Assembly (NCBI GenBank): GCA_051453625.1
Contig: JBOZIK010000001.1
Span: 19,185,681-19,249,680, forward strand
Direction: 5' to 3'
From: Welwitschia mirabilis
Lineage: Eukaryota
Length of the DNA stretch: 64,000 nucleotides
Shown here: one piece after another, positions 50,852 through 61,751 of the stretch
Layout: each line of letters begins with the position of its first letter
Position numbering within the stretch: position 1 is the stretch's first letter
Translations under genes and position numbers: made by a program
The notes under the pieces: model-generated
What the model was told of the DNA's origin: nothing
Seen by the model: the letters and a program-made list of their open reading frames with translations, nothing else
Database searches by the model: none

Positions 50852-51933
50852 GTAAGTCTTGTAACAGGTTTATCAATAAAAATGTATCGAAAATAGGTTT
50901 TTGCTTGATCTTTTATTGTACTTTAAAATTTAACTACAGTTATTATTATTTAATTAAATAAATTTACCTTTTCAAATTAAATCAATCTTGATTCATAAGT
51001 AGAATTTTAACTTTTATGAAACTATATACCATGGATATTTTAAATCTTAGTTAATGTCTTGAACAAATATGCGGATAATCTATTCAATCTTACTTAACAT
51101 TGTGTTATTGCCATAAGACAAGGTCCCTTCCTAAAGAAATTTTGCCCTTGTTGGCATCACATCAGTGAATAAACTTGTCCGTCCTCTTTGTTGTCTTTTC
51201 CTTTTATGAAAGTATATATGTATCTATATACATAAAAACACACACATAATATATGTTTTGGATAGAATGCAGATTAGTACTCCACTAGTAATAAATAGGA
51301 TCATTAAGAAACTTTACCTATGATAGACTTAACTAGAAAAAGAGATGTACTACCAAAGGCCCTTTTCAAGGAAAATTTGCCTTATTGTAGTTTCTTAAAT
51401 ATTCTTCTAGACAAGGTAAGATTTGAGCTTTATTACTATTTCAACTTCTGATTCTATGCTAAAAAGTACAAACTTTTATTTTCTTTATAATTGTGAAAAA
51501 TCTTAACATTAAATCAATGAGCATTACAATTTTTTTTCATCTTTGACTAAAAAATAAAAGGAAAATAAAACTCGATTAATTAAAATAATGACAACCTTTA
51601 TTAGATGTACAAATTATATACGCACACATACTATTCGTGAAATCCTTTCTATTCTATAAGGAATTTTTAGATTTCTTATATTTTTTATTGTATACTTTTA
51701 GTTTATGATCATTAACTATATAACTTTTATTATTTTAAATGTGAATCAATAAAACATTTATAAATGGAAGAGATAGTTACATGTAAATTTAAATAGGTTA
51801 TATAATTTACATGCCTAATTCTCATGCACATTTATTTCTATGAACTTCCTAAAAATTTATTATGTATTAATATAAGTACAAACTTTGGAATTATCCTTAT
51901 TACTTTACCTACAATCTTTTAATCCTTTACAAA

Positions 51934-52686
51934 ATGAACTTCAATTGTTTGTCTACTTCTTCCTCAACCACTAGATAAAAAGTCCCCTTTAAAAGTGTTA
52001 CCTTCATATTTAAAAATGGGATAACTAAGATTTATTTTATTAATCTAAATGGAAGTAGAGTTCTCCTAATAAACTTAGCCTCCTCTAGTGAAGTGATCAG
52101 CATTATCCTATGTGGAATTTGATAGATGAAGTTCTTTAAGAGTTAGATAAGATATGAAATTCAAGAAATGTTTTTAACCACAAAAATTGTAGAAAAAAGG
52201 CTCATTCTTTGATTAATTATTATCTATTTTAAAGAATGGAGACTTTAAAGCTAAACTTGATAAAATAAATTTTCATGAAAATGAGGCTTCTATTAATTAA
52301 GATTAACTTGTTATCCTCCCTACCTTGGAAACCATTAAATGTATGTTCACAACTATATACAATTAATTAAAGCTAACTATTATAGCATGGAATTTGGGCA
52401 TAGATTATATTCAAAATTGTTTAAATAAAGAAATTCAACAATACTTGTGTTACTTTATTCAACATTAGCAAGATGTGCCAGAATTATCTCACAGAGTTTA
52501 GAACATGCAAGTCAATAGTGTAAGGGTTTCTAATCAAACTTCTAGCTCTAATTCAAGTAGAAGAAGAATAGAAAATTTTTATAGACATTTTAAACTAAGA
52601 ATTTTTATGATGTTAGCTACATGATCCTCCTTTTAGGCTTTCATGAAATAAGTAACTATTTTTTAATTATTCCAAATAACAAGTAA
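51934..52686 (+). pseudogene. Possible decayed ~250-codon orphan ORF, copy 2
   Basis: MNFNCLSTSSSTTR*KVPFKSVTFIFKNGITKIYFINLNGSRVLLINLASSSE...IAWNLGIDYIQNCLNKEIQQYLCYFIQH*QDVPELSHRV*NMQVNSV. Frameshifts are required. Confidence 0.4.
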
Positions 52687-53044
52687 GTAAATCTTATAAT
52701 ACATTTATCCTTAAAATGTATCAAAAATAGGTTTTTGCTTGATCTTTTACTATACTTTAAAATTTAATCATGGTTTCTATTATTTCACTTAAATTTTTTT
52801 CCCTTTTTAAATTAAATCAATCCTAATCCATAAGGAGAGTTTGAACTTTTATGATATTATAGACCATGGATATTATAAGTTTTAGTTAATGTTTTAAATA
52901 AATACATACATAATTTATTCAACTTAATTACCATGGCATTATTTTCATAAGACAAGATCCCTCACTAAAGAAACTTTGCCTTTAATGATATTAGATCATT
53001 AAACTTGTCCATCCCCTCCCTTGTCTTTTCCTTTTCTCGTAATA

Positions 53045-53075
<31 letters not shown>

Positions 53076-53868
53076 GAAAGATAAGTACTCATTAAGGTTT
53101 TAGAGTAGAGTGTAAGTTAGTTATCGACTAGTAATAGATAGGGTCTCCTATATAAATAGAAAACTTTTCCTTTAGTGGAATTAACTAAAAGGAGAGATGC
53201 ATTATCAAAGGCCATTTTCATGGAAAATTTACCTTAATTTAGTTTCTTAAACATGCCTCTAGACAAGGTGGTTTTAAGATTTATTACTATTTCACCTTCA
53301 TGGTTTTATGTTGAAAAGTACAAACTTTTATTTTCCTTATAATTGTCAAAAAGCTTGACATTGCAAAAATTCTATATTTATCATTAAATCAGTGAGTATC
53401 ATAACTATTTTCTCATTTTTAACTGAAAGATAAAAGGCAAATAAAAATTTATTATTTAAAATAATGACAACATTTATTAGATGCACAGATTACATACACA
53501 CACATAATATTTGTGAAATCCTTTCTATTCTATAAGGAATTTTTAGCTTTCTTATATTTCCTTATTATATGCTTTCATCTATGACCATTAACTATTAGTA
53601 TTTTAAATGTGAATCAATAAAACATTTATTGATGGAAGAGATAGTTACATGTAGATTTAAATGGATTATGAAAATCTCATTAATGAAAACAATGTACATG
53701 CCTAATTCTTCTTCACATCTATCACTATGACATTCCTAAAAAAATTATTTATTAATATAATTACAACCTTTGAAATTAGCCTTATTACTTTATTCCCACT
53801 TATCTTGATCTTATATAGCTTAATCTTTTGATCCTTTTCAAAATGAACTTTAATTATTTGTTTGCTTC

Positions 53869-54818
53869 TGATGGGTGCTTATATAATGAAATAAGTGTAG
53901 AGAATTATCATTAAATAATATGAAATAATCTAGAAAAATGCAGAAAATATATTGTTGTTAACATGAAATAAGCTCACACCATTAAATAAAAATAATGTAA
54001 CCAAAGGCTTACTAAAGAACTAGTTGAGATTCAAGCATTTAGCTCAAAATGCATCATAATGATAGTTCTATGATGAAGTTACTTAAACTAGTCAGGTTGA
54101 TTTATTACTCCTAAGTTACTATGTACATATATTATACTGGGGGGAATGAAGAAAGTAACAAAAAATGATAAAAATAAATGTATTGCTAGAAAATACTTAT
54201 TTGTAAGTACTATTAATCCTGATTTATATTCAGCTACATAAACAAGAGCAAATAGAGATAATATTACTTTTTTAAGTAATAGCATATGCACACACTGATA
54301 CTAAAATATGCTTTTCAGCTTTATATTAGAATATTAATCATTACATAAAGATGTGCTAAGGCCTGTGTTCTCGTTTGCGGGTAACACTTTGGAGTATGGA
54401 AAATGTTGTTATGCCTTTGCAAGATAGGTAGAGCTTCCTTTCTTAACCTTCTTGCTTAGTCTATTTGTAGAAAATTTTGCCAAAACGAACTCCACCTTTG
54501 ATAGTAATCCTATTCTTATACCCTTGTTTGTTTCTTTGTTTCCATTCTTTACTTCTTAGGAATAGGTTTATAGTTGGGGTTGTTACAGCTTTTCTGCCAC
54601 CTCAACCTTCTCTTTCATCTTCATGCCACATGGCATCCTGTATCTAAAATGCAATAATAAATTATACATATTAACCTACTAACATACTAACTAACTAACC
54701 TATTGATTAGTAAGTATATAGATAAAGAAAAACATCTATAGTTATCCAAAATGCATAATTAAGATAATGAAAACACTTTATTAATAAATAAGATTTACCT
54801 TCAAAGTTATCCTCATCA
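53869..54818 (-). repeat. 3' LTR of element F
   Basis: TGATG...CATCA termini; followed on the plus strand by gttccctcaagctc..gttagtccct (reversed PPT context); reversed TATA gtttatag near 54566. Confidence 0.75.
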
Positions 54819-54909
54819 GTTCCCTCAAGCTCAAAGTTTTGTTAGTCCCTTAACCAAAAAATATATACAAAAGAGAGAAAATAGAGAAACTCATTATATT
54901 TGTCTTTCC

Positions 54910-57900
54910 CTTTAAAAATAAAAGGATGCTCCTCACTAGATTCAGATTTCACCTCTTTCTAGCTAATTAGGTAGACAATTTTTCCTTTTTTAGGGCAGTC
55001 GCACTAGATTTTAGTTCCAATTTCTTAGCCAATTGGGCAAATTATTTTTCCTTTTGTAAGGTAGCTAAAATTATTCTTTGTTCCTTCTAAAGAGTAGGAT
55101 CATTCAGATATATGGTCTCTATTTCTATCTTCTCTGAAACTGTCTTTCTACCTTGTCCTCTGCCTCATGAAAAAGATTTTGGTTGTTTTGATTCTCCTCT
55201 TTTTATTTTGGGAGCTGAAGGGACTTTTTCTTGGGGACTTTAGGGTGCATTTTCTAACTCTGGAGTTGCCCCAACTTGTAATCCCAGTTTTGAAGTTTAC
55301 TCAAGGGGAACTATATACATTTTAGAAGAGTCTTTATTCTTTAATTTCAAAAAAAATACCCATGAAAGTGCCTATTAGCGTAGTCATGTTTTATACAATC
55401 CTATCCTTAAAAGAACATAAATACTAAAAATCCTAAGAGAACACAGCAAAAACTTTAATATCAGATTTACACTACTCTAATATCCTGCAAAATCTAGTTG
55501 CAATATCATTCAAAAAATTCTTAAACTCTCTTATGAGAGATTCATCTTCTCTCTGCATAATCTCAATCCTCAATGCTTTAATGTCTTTTTTATAATTGTC
55601 AAAAATGTGTCTTAGCTTTGACCATCCCCCAAAATTTTTCTAAATAATACTTTCCATATGTTCTTTAAATCTATTAATAAAAGTGTTTAACTTCTAAAGA
55701 TAGTAGTCAAGGTTGCGTGGCATAGCTAATTCTTTGTGCCTGAACTCAATTTTTTTACCCAACTTCACTTCCATAAGATGAAGCTTATGGAGTAATTTCA
55801 TATTTTATTTTTCCAAATTTTGAATAATGAGTTGTATATACTTAGGGCTTATTATTCTAATATCCTTGTTTAACTCAACATGAGATTCTTTCAGAGTATT
55901 AATAATACTTAGCTTTATTTTATCTTCCATCTCATTAGTTAGAGTTAAAAAAGTTGAGGGGATGTTGTAGATTGAATTTATTGCTCTTCTGATTTCCTCC
56001 TTTATTTCTAATGAAGATTGTTTTATTGATGAATCATGTGAAGATTGACCAGAAGAGCTTGCGTCTTCCATTTGATTCTTGATAGACTTATTTTATTCCA
56101 TTATCTGAGTTATGGATCTCTTATTTTTTCCCAAAATAAACTAANNNNNNNNNNNNNNNNNNNNNNNNNNNNNNNNNNNNNNNNNNNNNNNNNNNNNNNN
56201 NNNNNNNNNNNNNNNNNNNNNNNNNNNNNNNNNNNNNNNNNNNNNNNNNNNNNNNNNNNNNNNNNNNNNNNNNNNNNNNNNNNNNNNNNNNNNNNNNNNN
56301 NNNNNNNNNNNNNNNNNNNNNNNNNNNNNNNNNNNNNNNNNNNNNNNNNNNNNNNNNNNNNNNNNNNNNNNNNNNNNNNNNNNNNNNNNNNNNNNNNNNN
56401 NNNNNNNNNNNNNNNNNNNNNNNNNNNNNNNNNNNNNNNNNNNNNNNNNNNNNNNNNNNNNNNNNNNNNNNNNNNNNNNNNNNNNNNNNNNNNNNNNNNN
56501 NNNNNNNNNNNNNNNNNNNNNNNNNNNNNNNNNNNNNNNNNNNNNNNNNNNNNNNNNNNNNNNNNNNNNNNNNNNNNNNNNNNNNNNNNNNNNNNNNNNN
56601 NNNNNNNNNNNNNNNNNNNNNNNNNNNNNNNNNNNNNNNNNNNNNNNNNNNNNNNNNNNNNNNNNNNNNNNNNNNNNNNNNNNNNNNNNNNNNNNNNNNN
56701 NNNNNNNNNNNNNNNNNNNNNNNNNNNNNNNNNNNNNNNNNNNNNNNNNNNNNNNNNNNNNNNNNNNNNTTCCATTATCTGATTTATGGATCTCTTATTT
56801 TTTCCCAAAATAAACTAATAGTATCCTAGAGGATGTTGGGCTTTAAGCTATTTATGTCTATATTCTTTGACCTCTGCATGGATCTTCATGAATTTTTCAT
56901 TCATCCCCTATAGCTGTACATAGATTTTATCTAAATATTGCCTATTCAGGGTAGAGGCCCTTTATTATGCATAAACATAATAATTTCTATTAGTGTTATA
57001 TGTATTCAGCATCATCCTTCTTGCTTGAAACCAAATTCTGCAATAAGGATACTAATATGTCTGATCTTTCTCTTAGAAGATTTTCTAATTCTTCTCTATC
57101 TTTGATGACCATCTATAGTTTAACAATGCATTCGTAAGCTTTCTATAATTTCCTACTCATATCTTTGAAAGATTCAAAGAGCTAAATATTTTCTTCTTTG
57201 CTTTTTTTAATTGAACCTCTATCTCAAAAATTCATTTTCAACTTTTAAATCACTAATTTGATTCTGCAATATTGTGACTTATTCCTTTCTGCTTAGACAA
57301 GTTTGAATTTCTTCTTTAACTAAGTTGAAAGCACTATAGAGGCTATCCATCTTATCTTCCTCTAATTCTTTGAAGAATTGGCTAGACTGAAGTAAATGGA
57401 AAAGAAGAAGTTCTTCAAATGTAAACTGGGTCAAGTCTTGTGATATGCTTGAGGACGAAAGCAATGAAGGCAAACTTTGGAGGGCAAAAAAGGATTCCTC
57501 TGAATCCAGTTGAGTGGTCTTGTGCCCTAGAGTTCTTAGGAGACTTAATTCCTTAACTCCAAAGATACTTTGAATAGTTACTTCGACACAAGACTTATTT
57601 GGTTAAAATGAGATTTTATTTTTACTTAATATTTGGGAAATTAAAGAGGAAAATCCTAGCCCTACTATGCCCGAAGCTCTGATTTCAACTTATTTAATTT
57701 TCTAATATGCCTTGCCAGACCTAAAAATATTCCTTCTATAATATTTAAATTGGTATGATTTGTCTTGTCTTGCACTGTTACTATTATGCATAGGCCAAGT
57801 AATGTGATACCTTTTTGTTTGTGAAGAATAGGTACCAAATTACTGGCCATAATTCTTGAAATGGTAAAAAAAAATTGGTTCTGTGTTTCTATGCATTAAT

Positions 57901-58515
57901 ATTCTTCCTTGTACTACCATCCTTTCCAATGAACTCATGTTTAAATTCATGTCTTCCTTTCTGTTGGCATCGTCAATGGATTTTTCACTGTGTAGTAGAT
58001 GTAACATTTCTCTTATTTCTTCTTGATTTATTACTATTCTATGATTTTCCATGGTTGTTTCCAATACATTTTTGGCATCATTTGTTCTTAAATTCTTATA
58101 AATTCTTATATGGATTCTAAGTAAAATTAATTACTTAAAGTAAACCATTCATACCACCCTAACTCGATAATCCATTGTTTGAACTCTATAAAGTAGGGGT
58201 CTGAAAGAACTTGTACAAAATTTAATAAAGAAATGACCTTGCATTCTGTCAAATTTTTTTTAGTGTTGGAGTTAAGTATGGAAAACATGTATAGAAGAGG
58301 AAATTTTGCAATAAACAACCTTTTGAAACTAGCTTACTAAGTAAAACTTTTCTTTCTAGAAATATAAAATGTCATTTACACAGATGTAAAAGTATTGCAT
58401 ATATTTAAATTGAATTCATTTAACTCTTTCTTCATGTGAAGTTCAGCATGCTCCTGAATGCTTAAATTGAAGTATTAACAATACCTAAGATTTCTACTCA
58501 AAGAATTTCTGCCAT
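54910..58515 (-). pseudogene. Long decayed env-like ORF of element F: Transposase_32-like N-terminus plus charged, coiled-coil-like C-terminus; spans an N gap
   Basis: A chain of minus-strand ORF fragments: IIELGWYEWF, HRIVINQEEIREMLHL, ASNLVPILHKQKGITLLGLCII, LGFSSLISQIL, then E/K-rich fragments at 57279-57473 and 55805-56071. Both ends are approximate. Confidence 0.65.
56145..56769. other. Assembly gap (others at 12821-12920, 34936-35035 and 47482-47581)
   Basis: Runs of N. Confidence 0.99.
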
Positions 58516-59200
58516 TACTCAAGAGCTTAAAGATAAGAAAGTACCTAAGCATGACAAGGCAAAATACAGGATTGAAAGTAGAAATTACTGACTTGTTTCC
58601 TACTTAAATAGGCAAAAACTTATACTTACTATTGTGTTTAATTAGAACTTATAAGGAGTAAATGATAAATTTCACCAGAAAGAAAATAGATGCAACTGGA
58701 ACTTTTTGTACTTTATTAATGCTGGAAAAATTTGAATTACATGTTAGTAAGGTGTAAATCCAAAACATTTTCTAAGTTGGAACTAACATCGTGGATGCTG
58801 ATGTGGTAGAAAACGTGGAACTAACATTGCGATGGGGGTTATTGAGAATGAAGAGGAATATTCAAGAATGAGTTTAAGTGGAATGTTGGAGAAATGTAAA
58901 GACATATTTAAGTGATGGTCACTCTCTGCAATACCATGTTCGACGAGGGTCATTAAGAACTCTCAAGTTCTTGATAAGAATCATCGAATTCATTATGGAG
59001 CTAACTAAAAGAGTTTAGAGGTGGTCATCAAAGAACTTTTAAGTTTTCAAAAGGGTCCTTCAAATTCTAACCACTATCATTATAAGAGTAAGTAATAATG
59101 AAAAAGTGAAGTTACATAACTAATTCATAGTGAAAAGTTGAAGGAGGTCATCAAGAACAAGACCTTTGTCTTTCAGCAGTAAGTTTTAAAAGGTAAAGTT

Positions 59201-59900
59201 AACTTGAAATCTAGTTTAAATCTTTCACTTTGGGCTAGTGTTAGTCCACTTCTAGAACTTACATGTTGATGGATCAACTTGAAATCTTATTTGAAGTTCT
59301 GACTTTAGGTCGATGTCAGTTGATCAAATGATTTTTCTTTCTTACTTGTAGGGTAAAGGAGTAATCGGGTTGGCTTGAAATCCAACTTAAAGTTTCAACT
59401 TTGAGTTAGTATCAATTAATCATGTGATTTTATTTAATTACAGGTTTTCAAAGCATAAGGAAAAGAATGAGTTGGCTTAAGATCTGACTTAAAGTTTTAA
59501 CTTTAAGTTGGTGTTAGCTAAAAGATTTAAGTTCTCATCATAATGGTCTGATTTAAACTCTGACTTAAAGTTTTAATTTTGGGTTGGTGTCAATCAACCA
59601 AGTAATCTTTTGATTTCAAGGCCTATTCTATGATGAAATTTTTATTAGATAAAAAACACTGATAACTGCCCTTTCTTATTCTTACTTGAAACAAAATAAA
59701 AGAGAATCTTTTCTGAGTGGTTAGATATAGTTTAAAAGTCTTCTTTTGATTAAAAGTATTTACAGGGTTTGTGGTAATTACCTGGTACTGTAGTTTATGA
59801 TGACAAGATTTGGTGGGTTCCTGTAATGGCATGTAGTTTAGGAAATCTAAACTAATCATAAATCAATCTGAAGTTCTAATTTTAGGTTGAATCATGGTTA
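59201..59900. repeat. Array of ~45-50-bp degenerate motifs with variable spacers
   Basis: Units start near 59201, 59276, 59372, 59474, 59550 and 59858; approximate consensus RRCTTGAAATCTGACTTAAAGTTYYRACTTTRRGTTRGTGTYA. Confidence 0.8.
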
Positions 59901-60190
59901 GTTTAAGATTCCTTGATTCTATACTTGCTTTAAGATTTCATGCTGAAACTTGGCATACTTCAACTGTGAGTTAAAGAGGTATATTGCTTTTACTCAATCC
60001 TTTACTTTAAGATTAAACATGTGTGAACTAATTAACTTAATATGAATTACACTTATTAAGCATGATTGTAAGACTTATGCTATAAATCTCATTCCTTACA
60101 TGCTAATCATCCATCACTCTTTACCTAAGCTTAAGAATTCCTTTACTTAACCATCTTTTACTCTTTCTCATCTTTTTTTTATCAATCCTC

Positions 60191-60861
60191 ATGGCTTGTA
60201 CTCCTTATTCTTCTCCTGTTGCTTCCTCTAGCATTATGAAGGTGAAGTGTTGCTTGTTCAACTTGGCCTTTATACAAATAAATATGTGCATTAGCAGTGT
60301 AGATCCCCAATCACCTCAAGTTTCTATTAGTCTAAAAATGTAGCATTACAATATTCGCACTGCGATTACAAATCAACTATTGATGTCTTAGCCACCTTAG
60401 ATTCCTTCATCATTAAGACTGATAAAGATCATTTTGGAAGCAGTGTCATTCCCCTGAGTTTTGGTCCTATGATCCATCACTTGGTGAACAAGTATCTAAG
60501 GGTGAGAATTGAATAACTACATCAGTAACTCAATTATAGGGATTTGGCTTATGACATTTCTTTGGGCTAACTAGCTAGGTAGATGCAAGTTCTTGAGAAA
60601 AGGGTTAATCAGCTTCAAGACATAAACCCCGTCCTTAGTCTTGCTACATTGAGTTTTAATAAGAAAAATATAGAGAAGACACTATGGGATGCTAAACCTT
60701 ATTAAAAATTTTGGTAAGCCTACTTAGAGGAAATTAATATTTTATTGGAATCTTTAAATGAGATGCATCTATTACCCTTAAGTAAAACTTCCCTAAGGTT
60801 GACATCTAAGACTCAACGTTCTCATAGGAGGAACAAGTTTTTTGGCTACTTTAAGAAATAA
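60191..60861 (+). pseudogene. Decayed ~224-codon antisense accessory ORF inside element F
   Basis: ATG at 60191 follows a TATA box (60081) and a pyrimidine-rich leader. After one early frameshift, a single frame runs to TAA 60859 with 8 internal stops, all TAA/TAG (compatible with CAA/CAG C>T). Confidence 0.5.
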
Positions 60862-61751
60862 GTTACTTGAGTTGGTGATTTATTTACTTAGTAATTTGAG
60901 AAGTGTTTTCGTTGTTATTCTACAACTGGATGTAATAAAGTATTTTGCTTAATAAAATTTTTAGTTTTTATTTCAAATAAAGTTATCCTATACTATTTTA
61001 TTTTATTATGGGCATGTCAATTCCATTAAAGGAAGTTCAAACCAAATAATTTATTAAATTTTTAAGATAATATGAAATGATTCTAAAACTTTTAAGCTTT
61101 CCCTTAGCTCAAATAGAATTTAATGATTATGCATGTTATTGAACTAAAAATTTTTGGATACACATTTCATCATAGACTAGAATATTTTTTCTTCTTCTAG
61201 TTTCTTTTCTCTCTTGATCTCTCTCTTTTTCATAAGTTATGAGAGAGTTATAGTTTTGGTAACTAGATATGTCTTAAGTAACTTCTTAGACACAATTGTT
61301 CCTCAACTTTTTATTTTTCATAACTTAAATTAACCACAATGAGAAGAGTACAACCACCATCAGAAGAGTAAGGACCCACAGTGTATATATATATATATAT
61401 ATATTCATATCATGGTTAACTGACCCCTCAATGGAGTTCTTACAGTTACCATATTGCACTGTCAAAAGCCCCTCTCAATAATATTTGCCCTGTGGCACTT
61501 TCCATAAAACATTATAGTACTTTCTCACTTCTTTTTTCCTCTCCATACCATAGACGGTATTCTATTCTGTGATGGAATGTATCTCCTCAATCTTCTTAAA
61601 AATATAATGCATAATTCCCTCTTGGAGACTTACCAAGTTAGCTTCTTACTTTATAATCATTACATTTACTCCCAACAATCTAGTAAATTGGTAGATTAAA
61701 TAAGCTTTAAAGAAATAACATGTCCTTTATTATCTAATTTTGGAATTTATT

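Larger units (their letters stand above)
49843..53868. repeat. ~1.87-kb tandem repeat (two full copies plus the start of a third, cut by element F)
   Basis: The anchor atggaa.agatagttacatg occurs at 49885, 51764 and 53632 (periods 1879 and 1868). Confidence 0.92.

Noticed and set aside
56045..56808. Longest ORF-track entries (245 and 232 aa) and other X-containing ORFs at 12757, 34854-35061 and 47299-47676
   Set aside because: Artefacts of translating through N gaps.
59201..59900. CRISPR array
   Set aside because: Units are highly degenerate, spacing is irregular, there are no cas genes, and the context is a plant retrotransposon.
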